Origin: Ramazzottius varieornatus
Lineage: Eukaryota; Animalia; Tardigrada
Reading direction: 5' to 3'
DNA: 64,000 nt
Assembly (NCBI GenBank): GCA_001949185.1
Contig: BDGG01000013.1
Location: 434,001 to 498,000 of the forward strand
Shown here: positions 60,962 to 64,000 of the stretch, piece after piece
Layout: the number at the start of each line of letters is the position of its first letter
Position numbering within the stretch: the first letter of the stretch is position 1
Notes under the pieces: generated by a model
Told to the model about the DNA's origin: nothing
What the model saw: only the letters and a program-made list of their open reading frames with translations
The model's database searches: none
Translations under genes and position numbers: made by a program

Positions 60962-63900
60962 TCAACCGCCACAAGAGTATCCATAACTCTCCAGAGCGTC
61001 AACGGCGGCATTGAGCTCGTGCAACGGATGAATTCTCTCCGCTTTCTGCAAAAGAAAACAGTTGCACACAACCTGAAGTAACTTTGGTTTCGTCAGTAAG
61101 AAGCCCACAATATTGTCTGCCTAAGTGGCGCACACCACTGGTATTGATGGATCAACTAGCGCGCCACTTGGGAAACGATCTCGCAAACAAACTCGACAAG
61201 TTTTCTGCCAAGTGGCGCAAGTTAGCGGTGTTAGTGGCTGATAGCGTGCGCCACCTGAAAAGTCAAACGTGACGAATTTGTCTGCCTAAGACCAATTATT
61301 ATGACAGGAGGTTTTTCAGTACTAAACACTTACAGCGTCAGCAATGAACTCCGTCATTCGACGAATGGCTTCAGCCGCTACCGTGATACCTTCGCTTACG
61401 CTACCAAAGGCTGTCTCCAAGTGAGTTTTGAGAATCGAATGCGCATCCTATGGAAAATAACTCGGATGAAAAACTAGCACAGCAATAAACTCAGGAATAT
61501 CATTCCAGTCTTCGCTTCAGCTCTCGGAAAGAGAAAAGAAAAATATATTATTGCGTACGTCATTTTGGGAGATGAGATGGCTGAGTAGAATGCCCGTGTA
61601 GGACATGATGGCGTAGTGCTCCATATTATCGCCAGCCTTGTCTAAGACGTCCGTAACTGCAACAAGAAAGAACCACAACTCGTTAACCAACCGACCAACC
61701 CACAACGCTTCTTTCTATCATAAATGCTTTTGTAACACTGTGAAGACGTTCAAACTTACTGGTTACGTCCAAGTTGAGATCGATGGAGCGGATCATCTTG
61801 CCGTACTGCTCAACGACGCGTTCCATATCATCACCGGAAGCTTCGGCTGCTACGCTGGTCGACTTGATCAACTAATCAAAACAAGAACATTTACCAAGAC
61901 TGAAAACAACAAGTGATCGAACAAGCTGACGGTACCTGAGCGAGGGAAAGTAGGTTGTCCTTGCCAGGTACAACCGGAAGTACTTTCACCACAACCTGGC
62001 AGTTCTCCTCACAGTTGTAGGTCAGGTTGACCAGGCACAACAGTGAACGCAGCACAATCTCCTGAGATTTCTCTCGAGGTATGACATCAGTAAAGCCTGA
62101 TATCGAGGTCTGTATCAGCAGCGGAATGAAATCGGGCAGGTGGCCCAGCTCTTGCCTCCACAACTCTACAAGACACAAAAAAAGAACTCAGACCAAAAGG
62201 CTAGTCAACTATCTCGTCGTTCTATGCAGCATTCAGCTAGAAGAGGGACTTACCAGCATGGGCGATGACATTGATCAGGTTGCTGAAGATCGCTCGCAGA
62301 ATAGTGCCGACTACCGCATTCACTCCCGGCGGGTTTTTGTTCTTCTTGTCCAGCCGACTTACGCACACTTTTATCAGCCTAGAGAGGAAGACTGCAAAAT
62401 GTTTATCAGATGTTCTACATACTTCTGGGTAAGTAAGGTACGTACGTATGGTGTGGGGAAGAAAAAAATCAAACATGATTGTTTTATCAAGTGGCGCACT
62501 TTGTTATTGCCGTTGGCCGACACCGTGCGCTACGATGGAAAACGATCTTGTCGAGTCTGTAAGTAGCGCACGTTCTCAGTGTTACTGGCTGGAAGAGTGC
62601 GCCACATGTTTAGCGACCGCAATTGCCTTACCGCACTATCAACTCGAAACCGGAAGCACCGGAAGCGCCCTTGTGCGTACAGAGGTACAGTGAGTTCTCC
62701 CTGTTCTCGTGCATCACCTGTAAGAAAACGGACGTCAATAACAATAAGCCAAGCTGTACATTCTAAGGAACAGATGAAACTGATGGAACCGATGGAAAGG
62801 ACCTTGTAGAAGAACTCGGTTAGGCGATCGACAGCTTTCAGGTCCGCCATGGTGGGATCCTTCTCCAGCCTCGGCAGCAGCATCTCCAAGTGAGCTATAC
62901 AGTACTCGAGGATGCCCTGTCGCCGGATCTCGTCGATAAACCACCGTAGCTGAGACCCCAACTTCATGATGACGATGGCCTCAATCACTAGACGCGAAGC
63001 CTGGAACAGAAAAAGTCGAGCCTTGCAGAAACCCACTTCACAGGCACCAAAAATAGAAATCAGGATTCCGACACAATGGCGCCTACGGCAGAATACCCTG
63101 ATTTCTACCAGAGCCTACCACACATCACTCAAGTCAGTTTTTGTCACTCCTGACTATTCCTAGTTTCCAAAAACTGTTTGCCTTCAAGTGTTCAATCATT
63201 TTCTAAGATTTATCTTCAGTATGCATCTTGGAAATATTTTTCTCGATTTTCATAAGAAATTTAATCAGGTGAAATTACCGTCATATCTGTCTTGGCGACA
63301 TCTCGTCCTCGTCGATACTGCGTCAGTCTCTCTAACACGGACCAGACACCATCAACCACGTTCTTATCCGGTTGTTTCTGCTTTGAACTCTTCTCCAAGA
63401 TTTCCTTGAGTATGTTGAGGCCTTTCCTGTCCAGGTTAATCTTCAAGCTATCCGTACTCTGCACCAACACCACAGCTGCCACTGCCAGCGACAAGTTCTC
63501 GTTGCTCGCCGCGTCCTTGAAGTAATCAAAAAGTTTCTCCCGGTATTCACAGGCGAAGAAATGCCTACGAACAAAAACAACGTCTGATGCGAGTCAACAG
63601 AACAAAATGGTCCTCGACAAGATCGTCTTCCAGGTGGCGCACGCTGCCAGCCAACAGCACCAAAAATGTGCGCGACTTGGGAGAAGACTGAAACTCGATA
63701 AGATTACTTTGCAAGTGGCGCACCTTTCCGGCTGTTCCCACTGGACACGTGCGCCACTTGAAAAGCAATCATGCCGACTTTGACCAGCTTCCAAACTTGA
63801 TAATAAATCTAAAACCAAATCGAATAAAAATTTTCCATAAAGCTGAAATATCTCAGACGAAACTCATACACCAGAAAAATAATCACATCAAAACCATCTC

Positions 63901-64000
63901 TCACATCATGGTTCCGGGGTTGATTAGCTTCAGCGCCAGCTTGATCGCGTTCAGACATCTTACGGGCATTGGATGCTGCGGTCCCAGTCCCTTGATCAGC
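60962..64000 (-). CDS. WAPL: WAPL (wings apart-like) cohesin release factor, C-terminal helical domain; 5'-partial
   Basis: GLGPQHPMPVRCLNAIKLA; DAASNENLSLAVAAVVLVQSTDSLKINLDRKGLNIL; WFIDEIRRQGILEY; LLCLVNLTYN; LDKAGDNMEHYAIMSYTGILL follow WAPL-domain motifs in order; stop at 60962. Confidence 0.8.
61122..61257. repeat. CAAGTGGCGCAC-N25 family, 2 units, WAPL intron
   Basis: F 61122, R 61159, F 61209, R 61246; 25-nt spacers. Confidence 0.85.
62488..62608. repeat. CAAGTGGCGCAC-N25 family, 2 units, WAPL intron
   Basis: F 62488, R 62525, F 62560, R 62597; 25-nt spacers. Confidence 0.85.
63631..63760. repeat. CAAGTGGCGCAC-N25 family, 2 units, WAPL intron
   Basis: F 63631, R 63668, F 63712, R 63749; 25-nt spacers. 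Confidence 0.88.

Overview
Eukaryotic (invertebrate animal) genomic DNA with short GT-AG introns and one 109-N assembly gap. The species cannot be determined from the window; a compact genome such as a tardigrade's is only a guess. Genes: a NET-family zinc-finger gene (noc/elbow/ZNF503-703) followed by a ~19 kb gene-poor upstream region; a complete multi-exon ATP-citrate lyase; a stand-alone NYN/MARF1-like PIN-fold protein; an SPMIP1/ATP6V1FNB-like protein; a probably disabled carboxylesterase; a large Thr-rich mucin-like gene with repeated SEA-like modules; two identical inverted tRNA-Ala(AGC) genes; two or three small secreted-peptide genes; and the 3' part of a WAPL homolog. Decayed sequences include an intron-containing pogo/Tigger transposase and a TRH-receptor-like GPCR fragment. 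Many MITEs are present. Two observations stand out. (1) A composite hAT-type element (17218-19337, shared 8-bp TSD GTTCTTCG) has captured the last exon and downstream flank of the mucin-like gene from 30 kb away; the donor site and its own TSD are still visible. (2) A dispersed, mostly intronic family CAAGTGGCGCAC-N25-GTGCGCCACTTG occurs at about 12 loci, with conserved 12-mers and spacer length but divergent spacer sequence. All alignments and coordinates were made by eye.
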